The position numbers were made by a program, and so were the translations under genes. A stretch of 64,000 nucleotides of DNA from a virus, in the IMG/VR virus record IMGVR_UViG_3300029868_000018, one strand, 5' to 3'. Position 1 is the stretch's first letter. Every line of letters begins with the position of its first letter. The notes under the pieces were generated by a model. It was given only the letters and a program-made list of their open reading frames with translations, was not told the origin of the DNA and searched no databases. Shown piece by piece: positions 1 through 9,064 of this stretch.

Positions 1-4
1 AAAT

Positions 5-229
5 ATGCAGTTAAAGGGCCTTGAGGTTACCGCAAGCGTGAATAAAGAAGCTACTAAAGAAGAAGAAAGAAAAAACAGAATCGACCAAACAAGCACAAAC
101 ACCTCTAAACAAATAGAACAAAAGCAAAATAGCGCTCCTGCAATTACATTCGGCAATGAGCTTGAAGATATTATAAAAGACAATAAGGTGTTGTTAGAGA
201 ACACAAGTCAAGAACCTAATTTACAATAA
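5..229 (+). CDS. short ORF, possibly the 3' end of a gene cut by the window edge (Lys/Glu-rich, no domain recognised)
   Basis: 74-aa track ORF. The frame stays open back to base 2. Stop at 229 abuts the ATG at 231. Confidence 0.35.
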   Translation: MQLKGLEVTASVNKEATKEEERKNRIDQTSTNTSKQIEQKQNSAPAITFGNELEDIIKDNKVLLENTSQEPNLQ

Positions 230-230
230 A

Positions 231-542
231 ATGAAAACGAACACACTATTTACGTCAACACAAGAAGTAACAATTGCAGTCGGTGAAACATACACCCTTA
301 GAGCCGACGAAGTAATGATTAATAATGTTATCTACAGAAAAGCAGATATTGAAATCAGTTTGCAAAATAACGATACGGGTTCCGCAGTTGAAGATGTAAA
401 TATCGGGATCAATAAGAGAGACGGTGTAAGGAATTTACCCGCAGACAAGGTTCCTTTTACTAAATGGACTATTGATGGTGTAGCGCAAGTAATAGGGCTA
501 ACAGAAACAGTTGAAGCGATACAAGTAGGAATAAGAGAATAA
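231..542 (+). CDS. stand-alone copy of the tail-fibre N-terminal (anchor) domain
   Basis: The 103-aa product aligns end to end with aa 1-103 of the next gene (YTL..DEVMIN..IYRK.D, KRDGVRNLPA, W..DG..Q). Confidence 0.7.
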   Translation: MKTNTLFTSTQEVTIAVGETYTLRADEVMINNVIYRKADIEISLQNNDTGSAVEDVNIGINKRDGVRNLPADKVPFTKWTIDGVAQVIGLTETVEAIQVGIRE

Positions 543-543
543 G

Positions 544-2139
544 ATGATTAAAAACACTATATATAGTTCAGGTCAGGTAAGACCAATCGCGTCAGCAGAA
601 GATTACACTTTGAAAGGCGACGAGGTAATGATTAACGGAACAATCTATAGAAAATCAGACCTTATAGTTGCTATCCAAAGTATCAACCCTTTAGCTACTC
701 CCGATACTGTTTTGTTGGGTGTTAAAAAAAGAGATGGTGTAAGAAATTTACCCGCAGTAACAGTTAAATTCATTGAATGGAGTGTTGACGGAATAACTCA
801 AACAGCTTTAGGTGAATGTTTAACTAACATAAACGCAGCTATAGCTTTAGAAACGTTAAGTCAGGAAGTTCTTGACTTTATAGCTAGGGTAGAAGCTGAT
901 GGTGGAACGGTACTATCTCCTGAATGTATAGAAAGTCCTACTACTGCCGATTTCTATTATCAAGCGGGTGCAGGTGGTGATGGAGTGGCTTATAGTATTA
1001 AAAGTGGAGCTATAGATGATTTCTTAGTAATTAGAGCATCAGAAAAAAGGGTAATAGGTGAAAATGGTAACCTTGTAATAGTCCCTGCTAATTTCCCTGC
1101 TTATGACTATCCTGTTATTGGTGGTTGTCCTATATTGTTATTAGAAGGTCAAGCTACTAACTACATTAAGTTTAGTGAAGATTTCTCAGATGTTAATTGG
1201 GCTAAAAACAATATACTTATATCCCCTTCAACAGAGTTAGACCCACAAGGAAATCAAAATGCTTTTGAAATAACAGAGAACGGAGTCTTATCAAGTGTTT
1301 TAGCTAATGCTACAACAGCAGCACTCGCAGGGGAATATAATGGCTCTGTATGGGTTAAAGGGTTTAATGGGTCACTTAGACTTTCTGATTTTGCTTCTGA
1401 TAGTAATTCAGTTACTCAAGTTTTTACAGACACAGGGGAATGGCAAGAAATAGACGTTATAAATCCCGCAATCACAACATTAGGTTCAAGGCTTAGATTA
1501 GTAATAGATAGCGGTCAAACTGGGTTAATTTGGGGAGCGCAAGTTAAGCCTGAAAAATCTTCATACATTTATACAAATGGAGCTACAGCCACAAGACTTA
1601 AAGATGTTGTGTACAGAGCAGGAGATGTAAATAGTTTTAATAGTGTAGAGGGAGTTTTGCATATAGAAGCAGCTAAATTTCAAGATAATGAAACAGATAT
1701 TTTTGGGTTTATATCACTTTCAGATGGAACAAGAAATAATGAAATTTTAATATTTTCTAATACTCCTGAAAAAGTACATATTTTTGTAAAAGTAGGTGGT
1801 GTTACACAAGTATCTGGAGTAACATTATCTTTAGGAGAATCTACAGATTTTAGAATAATGGATTTAAGATGGAAACAAGATAACTACTCTTTATGGATTG
1901 GTGGAGATGAAAAAATTACAGACTTAATAGCAGACACTTTTCCTGTAGGTACATTAAATAATTGTAATTATTCATATGGGGATGGTTCAAATAACGCAAA
2001 GGCTAATGTTTTAACATCAAAAGTATTTAAAGAATACCTAAGTAATGACGAAATGAAATACTTAGGAGAAAACGGAACTCTACCAGAGTGGAGTACTTAT
2101 GAAGAAATGGCATTAGCATTTAACTATACAATTCAATAA
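544..2139 (+). CDS. tail fibre / receptor-binding protein (anchor domain plus jelly-roll-like C-terminal domains)
   Basis: 531 aa. N-terminus is paralogous to 231..542. C-terminal two-thirds is paralogous to 2141..3379 (LLLEGQ.TN, IWGAQ, TRLKD, FNS.EGV). Beta-rich and Gly/Asn/Thr-rich. Confidence 0.65.
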   Translation: MIKNTIYSSGQVRPIASAEDYTLKGDEVMINGTIYRKSDLIVAIQSINPLATPDTVLLGVKKRDGVRNLPAVTVKFIEWSVDGITQTALGECLTNINAAIALETLSQEVLDFIARVEADGGTVLSPECIESPTTADFYYQAGAGGDGVAYSIKSGAIDDFLVIRASEKRVIGENGNLVIVPANFPAYDYPVIGGCPILLLEGQATNYIKFSEDFSDVNWAKNNILISPSTELDPQGNQNAFEITENGVLSSVLANATTAALAGEYNGSVWVKGFNGSLRLSDFASDSNSVTQVFTDTGEWQEIDVINPAITTLGSRLRLVIDSGQTGLIWGAQVKPEKSSYIYTNGATATRLKDVVYRAGDVNSFNSVEGVLHIEAAKFQDNETDIFGFISLSDGTRNNEILIFSNTPEKVHIFVKVGGVTQVSGVTLSLGESTDFRIMDLRWKQDNYSLWIGGDEKITDLIADTFPVGTLNNCNYSYGDGSNNAKANVLTSKVFKEYLSNDEMKYLGENGTLPEWSTYEEMALAFNYTIQ

Positions 2140-2140
2140 T

Positions 2141-3379
2141 ATGAGCGCAAGTTTAATAATAGGAGGTGGTAACTTTTCAACTAAAGCAGAAGCTTTGTTG
2201 GGATATACTATTGATGATAATGGAAATTATAAACCAATAGCGGGTATTTTAGATAGAGCGAGTGAAGCGTCTAGGATTAATAAAAGTGGAGTACTTGTTT
2301 TTGAGGCTAATGATATAGCTAGAATAGATTATACAAGCGGAGTGGGCAAGTTGTTGTTAGAAGGACAGAGTACTAATTTAGCTTTACATAGTGAGGATTT
2401 TAACGGTAATTGGGGGGTTAATAATTTATCATATCAAACAAACTCCATAATATCTCCTGATGGAACTCTAAATGCAACTAAGTTAATAGAGGACAATACT
2501 AATAGCATACATAGAACTAATTCAATTACCATAATTGGATTACCAGTAGATGATTATAGTACTTTTATTTATGCGAAAAAAGGAGAAAGAAGTTTTATAT
2601 ATTTAAGAAATGGAAATGCTACTGTTTTTCCGTCAAGAGCATATTTTGATTTAGAAAATGGAGTTGTAGGTTCTGTAGTTCAAGGTACTGCAAGTATAGA
2701 AGATGTGGGCAATGGATGGTATAAGTGTATTATATCTAACGCAAATACTCTTATTGGAAATCATAATCTACAGGTTTATGTAACTAGCGGTGACGGTATT
2801 GAATCTTATCAAGGTGATGGAACAAGTGGGGTACATATTTGGGGTGCGCAAATAGAGGCATCAATAGTTCCAACCTCATACATCAAAACAATCGGAAGCA
2901 CAGTAACAAGATTAAAAGATATATTAACAGGCTTTGGAAATGTTAATACTTTTAATTCTGAGGAAGGGGTTATTGTTGCTAAAATGTCGGCTTTAAGTGA
3001 TGATTTAACAGAAAGGATTATTTCAATTAATGACGGGTCTAATACTAATGCAATAAGTATAGAATATAGAGGCACAACTAATTTTGTGACAGGAAGATGT
3101 AATTCAAGTGGTGGGAACACTTTTGTAAGCACTACGGTAGCTGATATGACTGATGAACTCGAAATAGCTTTTAAATGGAAATTAAATGATTTTGCTTTAT
3201 ATATCAATGAAATTGAAGTAGGAACGGATTTAAGTGGCTCAGTACCCGCAGATGGAACTTTAATAGCTTTTGATTTTAGAAGGGGAGATACCTTGAACAA
3301 TTTAATAGCTGAAACAGAATCAGTAAAAATTTATAAATCAATAGCAAAGGCACAAGTAGACTTGCCTTATATAACATAG
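2141..3379 (+). CDS. tail fibre / receptor-binding protein paralog lacking the anchor domain
   Basis: 412 aa. Shares LLLEGQSTN, IWGAQ, TRLKD and FNSEEGV blocks with 544..2139. Starts 1 nt after the upstream stop. Confidence 0.65.
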   Translation: MSASLIIGGGNFSTKAEALLGYTIDDNGNYKPIAGILDRASEASRINKSGVLVFEANDIARIDYTSGVGKLLLEGQSTNLALHSEDFNGNWGVNNLSYQTNSIISPDGTLNATKLIEDNTNSIHRTNSITIIGLPVDDYSTFIYAKKGERSFIYLRNGNATVFPSRAYFDLENGVVGSVVQGTASIEDVGNGWYKCIISNANTLIGNHNLQVYVTSGDGIESYQGDGTSGVHIWGAQIEASIVPTSYIKTIGSTVTRLKDILTGFGNVNTFNSEEGVIVAKMSALSDDLTERIISINDGSNTNAISIEYRGTTNFVTGRCNSSGGNTFVSTTVADMTDELEIAFKWKLNDFALYINEIEVGTDLSGSVPADGTLIAFDFRRGDTLNNLIAETESVKIYKSIAKAQVDLPYIT

Positions 3380-3384
3380 AAATT

Positions 3385-3867
3385 ATGAAAGTAGATAAAA
3401 TAGAAGCAATTATAAGATACCCGAATACAGAATTATTAATGCAAGTATTTTTAAATGCGGGTATGGACCCAATACCTTTAGGGGAAAGATATCCCGATAC
3501 TTTTTTAATAGTCGGGTTTCCTGCTCAGGCGGTTGCATTAGAGGAATATTTGAATAATGAGACTGATACTGTTCATTATGTAGGTTGTTGGAATTTGGAC
3601 GGTTCTCACTATATATGGGAGGGCGAAGAAAACACTCACAGGAATTATAGTCTAGCTAAATATACAGATATTTTAAAAGACATAATCATATTAGATGATG
3701 ATAACGAACCTATAGGAGAACCGAGAAGACCTAATGAAGAAGAAGTATTATCTTCAAAAGTAACGAGTATTCAAGGTGCGGGTAATAGAGATTTAACTGA
3801 CATAGATCAGCAAAAAGGAGACACTACCAATCCGTCATCTCCACCACCGCCACCACCAAAACAATGA
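3385..3867 (+). CDS. hypothetical virion-module protein with a C-terminal TNPSSPPPPPP tail
   Basis: 160-aa track ORF. Its stop overlaps the next start (ATGA). The proline tail motif recurs in 57330..57680. Confidence 0.6.
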   Translation: MKVDKIEAIIRYPNTELLMQVFLNAGMDPIPLGERYPDTFLIVGFPAQAVALEEYLNNETDTVHYVGCWNLDGSHYIWEGEENTHRNYSLAKYTDILKDIIILDDDNEPIGEPRRPNEEEVLSSKVTSIQGAGNRDLTDIDQQKGDTTNPSSPPPPPPKQ

Positions 3868-4217
3868 AAAATATATTAGTCATATTATTTATAGTTCTTT
3901 GGTTTTCTAATTATTGGTTGGCAGCTTATTTTTATCCAAACTACAAAATTGAAAGACTAGCATGGGACGGGTATATGGTGCTTAGAGAAATGATATTTGA
4001 AACAATGTTTTTTATATTATTAATAAGCTCAATTTTTAAACCATCAAGAGAGTCGAGAGCTTTGATATTCGCTACTTCTGTAGTCGTTGCGTTATCTATT
4101 GTAGATAAAATGTCAGGGGTTTTAACTTATGCTAAATCAGACATTATAGTGATCGCGTTTGCTGTATTTATAGGATTGTTTTATTATTTAATAGGGTACA
4201 AATGGATGAAAGAGTAA
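3864..4217 (+). CDS. membrane protein, about 4 TM segments (holin-class candidate)
   Basis: 117 aa with four hydrophobic stretches. Lies upstream of the endolysin. Start/stop overlaps both neighbours. Confidence 0.6.
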   Translation: MKNILVILFIVLWFSNYWLAAYFYPNYKIERLAWDGYMVLREMIFETMFFILLISSIFKPSRESRALIFATSVVVALSIVDKMSGVLTYAKSDIIVIAFAVFIGLFYYLIGYKWMKE

Positions 4218-4477
4218 GATTACCTAAAGTATTGGTTTGTTTATTATGGGCTTATATGGGAATTATGGGCGTTGTGATATTAACGGAAGCAGATATGGGA
4301 GATAATAATTGGTCTGTTTTTTTTTGGTCGTGTAACCTTTTTATATTCACAGCAGCAGCGACTTACGGGACTATAAGCTTTTATGAAGATTTAAAAAAAT
4401 ATGGAATAAAATATGTGGCGGAAAAAATTGGGTTAGTATATCTGATTAGAAAAATAAAAAGACTCCTTAACAAATGA
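4202..4477 (+). CDS. membrane protein, 2 TM segments (holin/antiholin candidate)
   Basis: 91 aa with two hydrophobic helices and a basic C-terminus. Overlaps both neighbours. Confidence 0.55.
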   Translation: MDERVRLPKVLVCLLWAYMGIMGVVILTEADMGDNNWSVFFWSCNLFIFTAAATYGTISFYEDLKKYGIKYVAEKIGLVYLIRKIKRLLNK

Positions 4478-4860
4478 AAATAAACGGATATACTTGGGTA
4501 CTATTTTTAATTCCTTTTTTCGCAGACCTTATATTTAAAGGCGCGAATTATGATGTTAATTTTTCGTTATTGATAATAGCAGTTTCAGCATCAGTAGTAG
4601 GGAGTACTGCTTTTATCGCAAAGAAATATGAAAACGAAAGAGCTAAATTTAAAAATATATTTGCTATTTATTCGACAGGGTTCTTTTTAAGTTATTTGAT
4701 GTTTGACTTAGCAACTCATTATAGATCTATGAGTATAGCGGGAGCAGGAAGCGCATTGGTATCTTATTTTTCAATAGAAGTGATACTGTTAGTTAGTAGT
4801 GTTATAAGAGGACTGCCGAGTGTGATATTAAGAATAATTGAGAGTTGGGGAAAAAAATAA
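4474..4860 (+). CDS. membrane protein, about 4 TM segments
   Basis: 128 aa, hydrophobic throughout, part of the lysis cluster. Confidence 0.6.
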   Translation: MKINGYTWVLFLIPFFADLIFKGANYDVNFSLLIIAVSASVVGSTAFIAKKYENERAKFKNIFAIYSTGFFLSYLMFDLATHYRSMSIAGAGSALVSYFSIEVILLVSSVIRGLPSVILRIIESWGKK

Positions 4861-4882
4861 CAAACCTTTTAAAAAAAAGACG

Positions 4883-5395
4883 ATGACACCTAAAGATAAA
4901 AAAAACGGCAGTAAATTAAAGAAAACTATTATAGGTATAAGCACCTTGTTGGTTGCAATATCAATTATTGGCGCTTTCTTTACAAATGAGCAAAAGAAAA
5001 AAGGAGATTTGCAGGAATATAAACAAGGGCAAAAAGAAGTTACTTTTGATGATTCTAAGCAAAAAAATGACGTTGTAAATCTATTAACCGTAGATATTCA
5101 TCCTTTTAGATTAGGAGAAGCGCAAAAAGAAATAGGAGTATCGCAAACAGAAATAAAGGATCATCTAGTAGAGGTAGATTCTTTAATCACTACCACTCTT
5201 AATCAAAAAATAATTGACGCAGAATATACAAGAGTTCAAGATTCTACAGAAAATGTAAGAGCGATAGAGATTCAAAAACTTAGAGAAAAAAAATATCTAT
5301 TACAAAAAGATATATGGGATGAATTAATACTTATAAAAGAAGCTCAAAGAAAAACGAACGAGAGATTTGACGGCTTAGAAAATCAAAATAATTAG
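4883..5395 (+). CDS. N-terminally membrane-anchored coiled-coil protein
   Basis: The track ORF begins at TTG 4838. The first ATG is 4883 (MTPKDKK). Basic N-terminus, one TM (IIGISTLLVAISIIGAFF), then a charged helical region. Confidence 0.6.
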   Translation: MTPKDKKNGSKLKKTIIGISTLLVAISIIGAFFTNEQKKKGDLQEYKQGQKEVTFDDSKQKNDVVNLLTVDIHPFRLGEAQKEIGVSQTEIKDHLVEVDSLITTTLNQKIIDAEYTRVQDSTENVRAIEIQKLREKKYLLQKDIWDELILIKEAQRKTNERFDGLENQNN

Positions 5396-5397
5396 TT

Positions 5398-5820
5398 ATG
5401 AAAGATTGTATTATTGACATTGCTTTAGAAGAATACGGGGTTAAAGAGATTGTGGGGAAAAACCACAATCCTAGAGTGTTAAAGTATTTTAAAGAGACGG
5501 GTAATAGTTGGGTTAATGACGATGAAACCGCTTGGTGTAGTGCTTTTATGAATTGGGTTGCTATGTCTGCGGGAGCGAAAACAAGCGGAAAGCTAAACGC
5601 TAGAAGTTGGTTAACCGTTGGTGAAGAAACTGAATCTCCTGAAAAGGGTGATGTAGCTGTTTTTTGGAGAGGGTCGAAGGACTCTTGGAAAGGACACGTA
5701 GCTATATTTATAAGGCAAACGAAAGATTTTGTTTATGTTTTAGGAGGTAATCAAGGAAACAAGGTGTGTATACAAGCGTATCGTAGAGACAGATTATTGC
5801 AATATAGAGACATTAGTTAG
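5398..5820 (+). CDS. endolysin, NlpC/P60-CHAP-like peptidoglycan hydrolase (TIGR02594-type)
   Basis: 140 aa. Has a catalytic-type Cys in ETAWCSAFMNW and a His in WKGHVAIF, and the GGNQGN motif typical of this family. Follows the membrane proteins. Confidence 0.8.
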   Translation: MKDCIIDIALEEYGVKEIVGKNHNPRVLKYFKETGNSWVNDDETAWCSAFMNWVAMSAGAKTSGKLNARSWLTVGEETESPEKGDVAVFWRGSKDSWKGHVAIFIRQTKDFVYVLGGNQGNKVCIQAYRRDRLLQYRDIS

Positions 5821-5958
5821 TATTATCAGACGAAAAAGCCCCTGCTGTAAACAAGGACTTTTTACTCTAAATAATACATAGTGCGCAATTTAATAGTTCA
5901 TTAAAACTAACAGGGACGTTAACTCCTGACAGGACAAAAGTACAATAAATTAATTAAA

Positions 5959-6339
5959 ATGGTTAAAACACGCGGTTTTATAGCGAAATACAAAAAATGG
6001 ATCATTATTTTATTCATAGCTGTTGTGGCTTGTTTTTTCCTTTTCGGGAGTCCTAAAGGATGGGATAGAGCCGAAAAATACTTAGATAAATTTGAGGTTA
6101 TTGAAAAGGAAATCCAAAAAAAAATAATAGACAGCCTTAAAAACGATAGGGAACTTTTTAAAACATATAAAGATAGCGTAGAAGGTGTTGTAACTATATT
6201 TATCCCTAATCAAAACAATGAAATAAATAGACTTAAAAATGAAAATAAAGCACTACATAAAGAGCTTGATTTTATTCGGTTTGCTCAATATACTCAACGT
6301 AGGCTTGACAGTTTCGCAGAACACGCAAAACACAAGTGA
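5959..6339 (+). CDS. N-terminal TM plus coiled-coil protein (i-spanin-like candidate)
   Basis: 126 aa. TM is WIIILFIAVVACFFLF, followed by a helical charged region. The last 101 nt overlap the next ORF in another frame. Confidence 0.5.
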   Translation: MVKTRGFIAKYKKWIIILFIAVVACFFLFGSPKGWDRAEKYLDKFEVIEKEIQKKIIDSLKNDRELFKTYKDSVEGVVTIFIPNQNNEINRLKNENKALHKELDFIRFAQYTQRRLDSFAEHAKHK

Positions 6340-6736
6340 GCCGAGTTTCTTTAGCGAAACAAGACCGATAAAATACAGAACGTTAAACGAAGCTTTGAAA
6401 ATCGCTGAGTCTGAAAAGCTTTTAAAGAAAAATGATAGTATTCAAAGAGAAACTATCGCGAGGCAGGATAGTATTATACAGGCTTTGACAAAAGTAAATG
6501 ACTGGTATAAAAACAATATTGTCCCAAATCTTGAACACCAAATCTCTTTATACAAGCAAAAAGAAGTTTCCAATGAAAAGCTATACGCTATTGAAGATGA
6601 TCGTTGGCAATTAAAATACGATAAGTTAAAGGCTAAAAAGCTAGGGATTGGATTTTCTGTTGGTTACGGTGTAAATACTATGGGTGTAAGCCCTTCAATA
6701 AATATATCTCTTAATTACACGTTGTTTAGACTGTAA
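6239..6736 (+). CDS. secreted coiled-coil protein with a beta-strand-like C-terminus (outer-membrane partner candidate)
   Basis: 165 aa. Signal-peptide-like N-terminus (MKIKHYIKSLILFGLLNILNVGLTVSQ) without a lipobox Cys. C-terminus reads GIGFSVGYGV..ISLNYTLFRL. Confidence 0.5.
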   Translation: MKIKHYIKSLILFGLLNILNVGLTVSQNTQNTSEPSFFSETRPIKYRTLNEALKIAESEKLLKKNDSIQRETIARQDSIIQALTKVNDWYKNNIVPNLEHQISLYKQKEVSNEKLYAIEDDRWQLKYDKLKAKKLGIGFSVGYGVNTMGVSPSINISLNYTLFRL

Positions 6737-6774
6737 CATTACCGATAATGAAGCGGTTAAAAATTAAAATAAAG

Positions 6775-6782
6775 TATTTTTG
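6775..6782 (+). promoter_or_regulatory. Bacteroidota-type -7 promoter box TATTTTTG
   Basis: Matches TAnnTTTG, 17 nt upstream of the ATG at 6800, in a 63-nt gap. Confidence 0.45.
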
Positions 6783-6799
6783 AGTAAATTAAATATGTC

Positions 6800-9052
6800 A
6801 TGGCTAAAATTGATAATAAAGATGCGTACAGAAAGCTTAATCCAATAAACCCCGAAGCGTATTGGGTGCTTACTGATCCTGTAACGGGCAAGACAACACA
6901 CATAACTTTAGCAGAGGTTAATGGAGAGATTATTATTACAGGAGCCACAACTAACAGGATTCTTTCAGGTAGAGCGACTTGGTTTCAGTTCTTTCAGTAC
7001 AAAACAACTCAAATAGTATCTGTATTTAATAACTCGACCTACACCACAACTTCAACTACACAGACATTAGAAGGATCTCACGACACATTAAATAGATATG
7101 ACATTATCACCCTTAAACTTGACGAAGATGGTCAAAGCGCCTCCGTTCGTGTTATAAAAGGACAGTACGCGGAGCATCCTGCAATTCCTACAGTTGAATT
7201 TTCTGACGTTGAAATAGTCCTTACAACGATTAGAATTAGTAAAGGCTCAACAACTCCTGATGAAGTTTCTAACGTATTAATGTACGATGAATTATTAGGA
7301 GAACCTGACGAGTTCGTGGTTACAGAAAATTCAGGAGGAATAGGAATAACAGTAAACAATTCAGAACACCCAAATACAGGAACTAAAAACATTAAAGTTA
7401 ATTATGCTTTATTAGAACCTACAGACGTTATTACAATGTCTACTTCAAACAGCTATAGTGTTAATGATATTTCTAGTCTTGATTTATATATTTATATAGG
7501 GACAGAAATTTCAGGATTATTAGCGCCTGACCCATTAGATTATATGTCAATAGGTCTTTTCAGTAATCTTAATCGGATTGGCTCAGAAGTTCAGTTAAAA
7601 AACGGAGTATATGGACTAGACACAAGTATAACGGGAGTTTATCAGCTTATTTCTATACCTATATCAGATTTTAACGCAGGTTCAACATCGGGATTCTTAG
7701 CTGCTGAATACTTTTTAAATAATATCGTTTTAGGATTTGTAGGACAGCTTGGTACAGAAATATTCTTAGATACATTTCATTTAACAAGCGGAGTACAGCC
7801 CCCAATTTACGCCAACACTCTTTTAGGGTTGAGAGATATTTTAAGCACTACATATTTAGGCAAAGAAGGGTTCGGGCTTGTAACTAGAGGTTCGGGAATG
7901 GTTTTAGAAAGAGCAGCTTTATTAACAGATTTATATAAAGGAAGTAAGGTTATTGTAGGTGATTATTCTCACGTACCTGATACAGACAGGACTTATTTGC
8001 CTTGGGCTAGTTTATATATTGTCGATAACGTTCCTTATGCAGATGTAAATGACTACATAACTAATGAAGTAACATTAAGCGCCCCTCCAATAACGGTAGG
8101 GCATCAAAGAACTGACGTTATAGTGGTTCGTGTAAATACATTAACTAATCCTCCAACAAAATCTATAGTAGTTGTAGAGGGTGTTGCGGGAACTATTTTC
8201 GCAAAGCCACCTATTAATTTACTAACAGATGCAGAACTTACTTTTATAACATTAAGTCAAGGAGAAACTACACCTCCCGACGTTGAAACGTCAATCTTTT
8301 ATGACGAAGGTACTGAGGCGACAAATATTTTAGCGTCAGCAGGAGTTGATTTAGAGTATCTTATTTCTCCATATTCAGGAGCTAAGTCGGTGTTCTTTCC
8401 TAAAAACGAACCTTTAACCAAAGTAGAACTTGCTTGGCAATTAGGAGCTACAGTTCCTTATGATCCAAAAGCAAAAGTTTCATTTGCTGTATTTTTCAAT
8501 AATCCTATATCGAATAGTCTTTCTATAGAGGTGAAATTAAAAGAAGGAGCAGCCGAAAGAGGTTCTTTTAATCTTAATTATAAAAATATTTATAATTACG
8601 GGTTTAACCCGAATACAAAAACAGGTTGGAGCGTAATTACCATACCTGTAATAGAGTTTTACAGCGTTGGAAATGGTTGGGGGCAACATGATGTTTTTGA
8701 AATTAAAATATCTAATTCCTCACATGGACAACTAGATTTAATCTTTTTACAAAGCGGAACTTCACGACCTCCTATTGGCGGGGCTGTTGAAAGAACATCA
8801 CAACTTACTAATGATGGTCAAGACGGGTTAAATCCTTTTATTTCAAGCACCGTTATTGACGATGGTCAAATGCAACTTTTCAAAGGTTCAGGGAGTACAG
8901 GTGATGGAGTTGAAATAAACGATGTTAGAGTAGGTTACTTTTATTCTAACAATAGATGGGTAAACGCTATATGGAAGGATACTTTAACAGACCAAGATTT
9001 AACAAACGCAGCTAATTATCAATTTTTAGTAGACATCGTTATCGGTGCATAA
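6800..9052 (+). CDS. large virion structural protein (tail/fibre-associated), function unknown
   Basis: 750-aa ORF, Thr/Ser/Gly/Asn-rich and beta-rich, inside the structural block. Confidence 0.7.
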   Translation: MAKIDNKDAYRKLNPINPEAYWVLTDPVTGKTTHITLAEVNGEIIITGATTNRILSGRATWFQFFQYKTTQIVSVFNNSTYTTTSTTQTLEGSHDTLNRYDIITLKLDEDGQSASVRVIKGQYAEHPAIPTVEFSDVEIVLTTIRISKGSTTPDEVSNVLMYDELLGEPDEFVVTENSGGIGITVNNSEHPNTGTKNIKVNYALLEPTDVITMSTSNSYSVNDISSLDLYIYIGTEISGLLAPDPLDYMSIGLFSNLNRIGSEVQLKNGVYGLDTSITGVYQLISIPISDFNAGSTSGFLAAEYFLNNIVLGFVGQLGTEIFLDTFHLTSGVQPPIYANTLLGLRDILSTTYLGKEGFGLVTRGSGMVLERAALLTDLYKGSKVIVGDYSHVPDTDRTYLPWASLYIVDNVPYADVNDYITNEVTLSAPPITVGHQRTDVIVVRVNTLTNPPTKSIVVVEGVAGTIFAKPPINLLTDAELTFITLSQGETTPPDVETSIFYDEGTEATNILASAGVDLEYLISPYSGAKSVFFPKNEPLTKVELAWQLGATVPYDPKAKVSFAVFFNNPISNSLSIEVKLKEGAAERGSFNLNYKNIYNYGFNPNTKTGWSVITIPVIEFYSVGNGWGQHDVFEIKISNSSHGQLDLIFLQSGTSRPPIGGAVERTSQLTNDGQDGLNPFISSTVIDDGQMQLFKGSGSTGDGVEINDVRVGYFYSNNRWVNAIWKDTLTDQDLTNAANYQFLVDIVIGA

Positions 9053-9064
9053 ATCAATTAAATT

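Noticed and set aside
2809-3300. 163-aa minus-strand ORF inside the tail-fibre gene, together with similar antisense ORFs at 7132..7392, 9433..9648, 9844..10077, 10210..10539, 10567..10842, 55420..55743, 60392..60754 and 63287..63499
   Set aside because: They are shadow ORFs fully embedded antisense in long, well-supported structural genes, and their composition (Ser/Pro/Ile/Leu-rich) is typical of antisense frames.
5826-5860. Possible intrinsic terminator after the endolysin (AAAAAGCCCCTG..CAAGGACTTTTT)
   Set aside because: The stem has two mismatches in 8 bp and would be weak. I did not call it, although the flanking A and T runs are suggestive.
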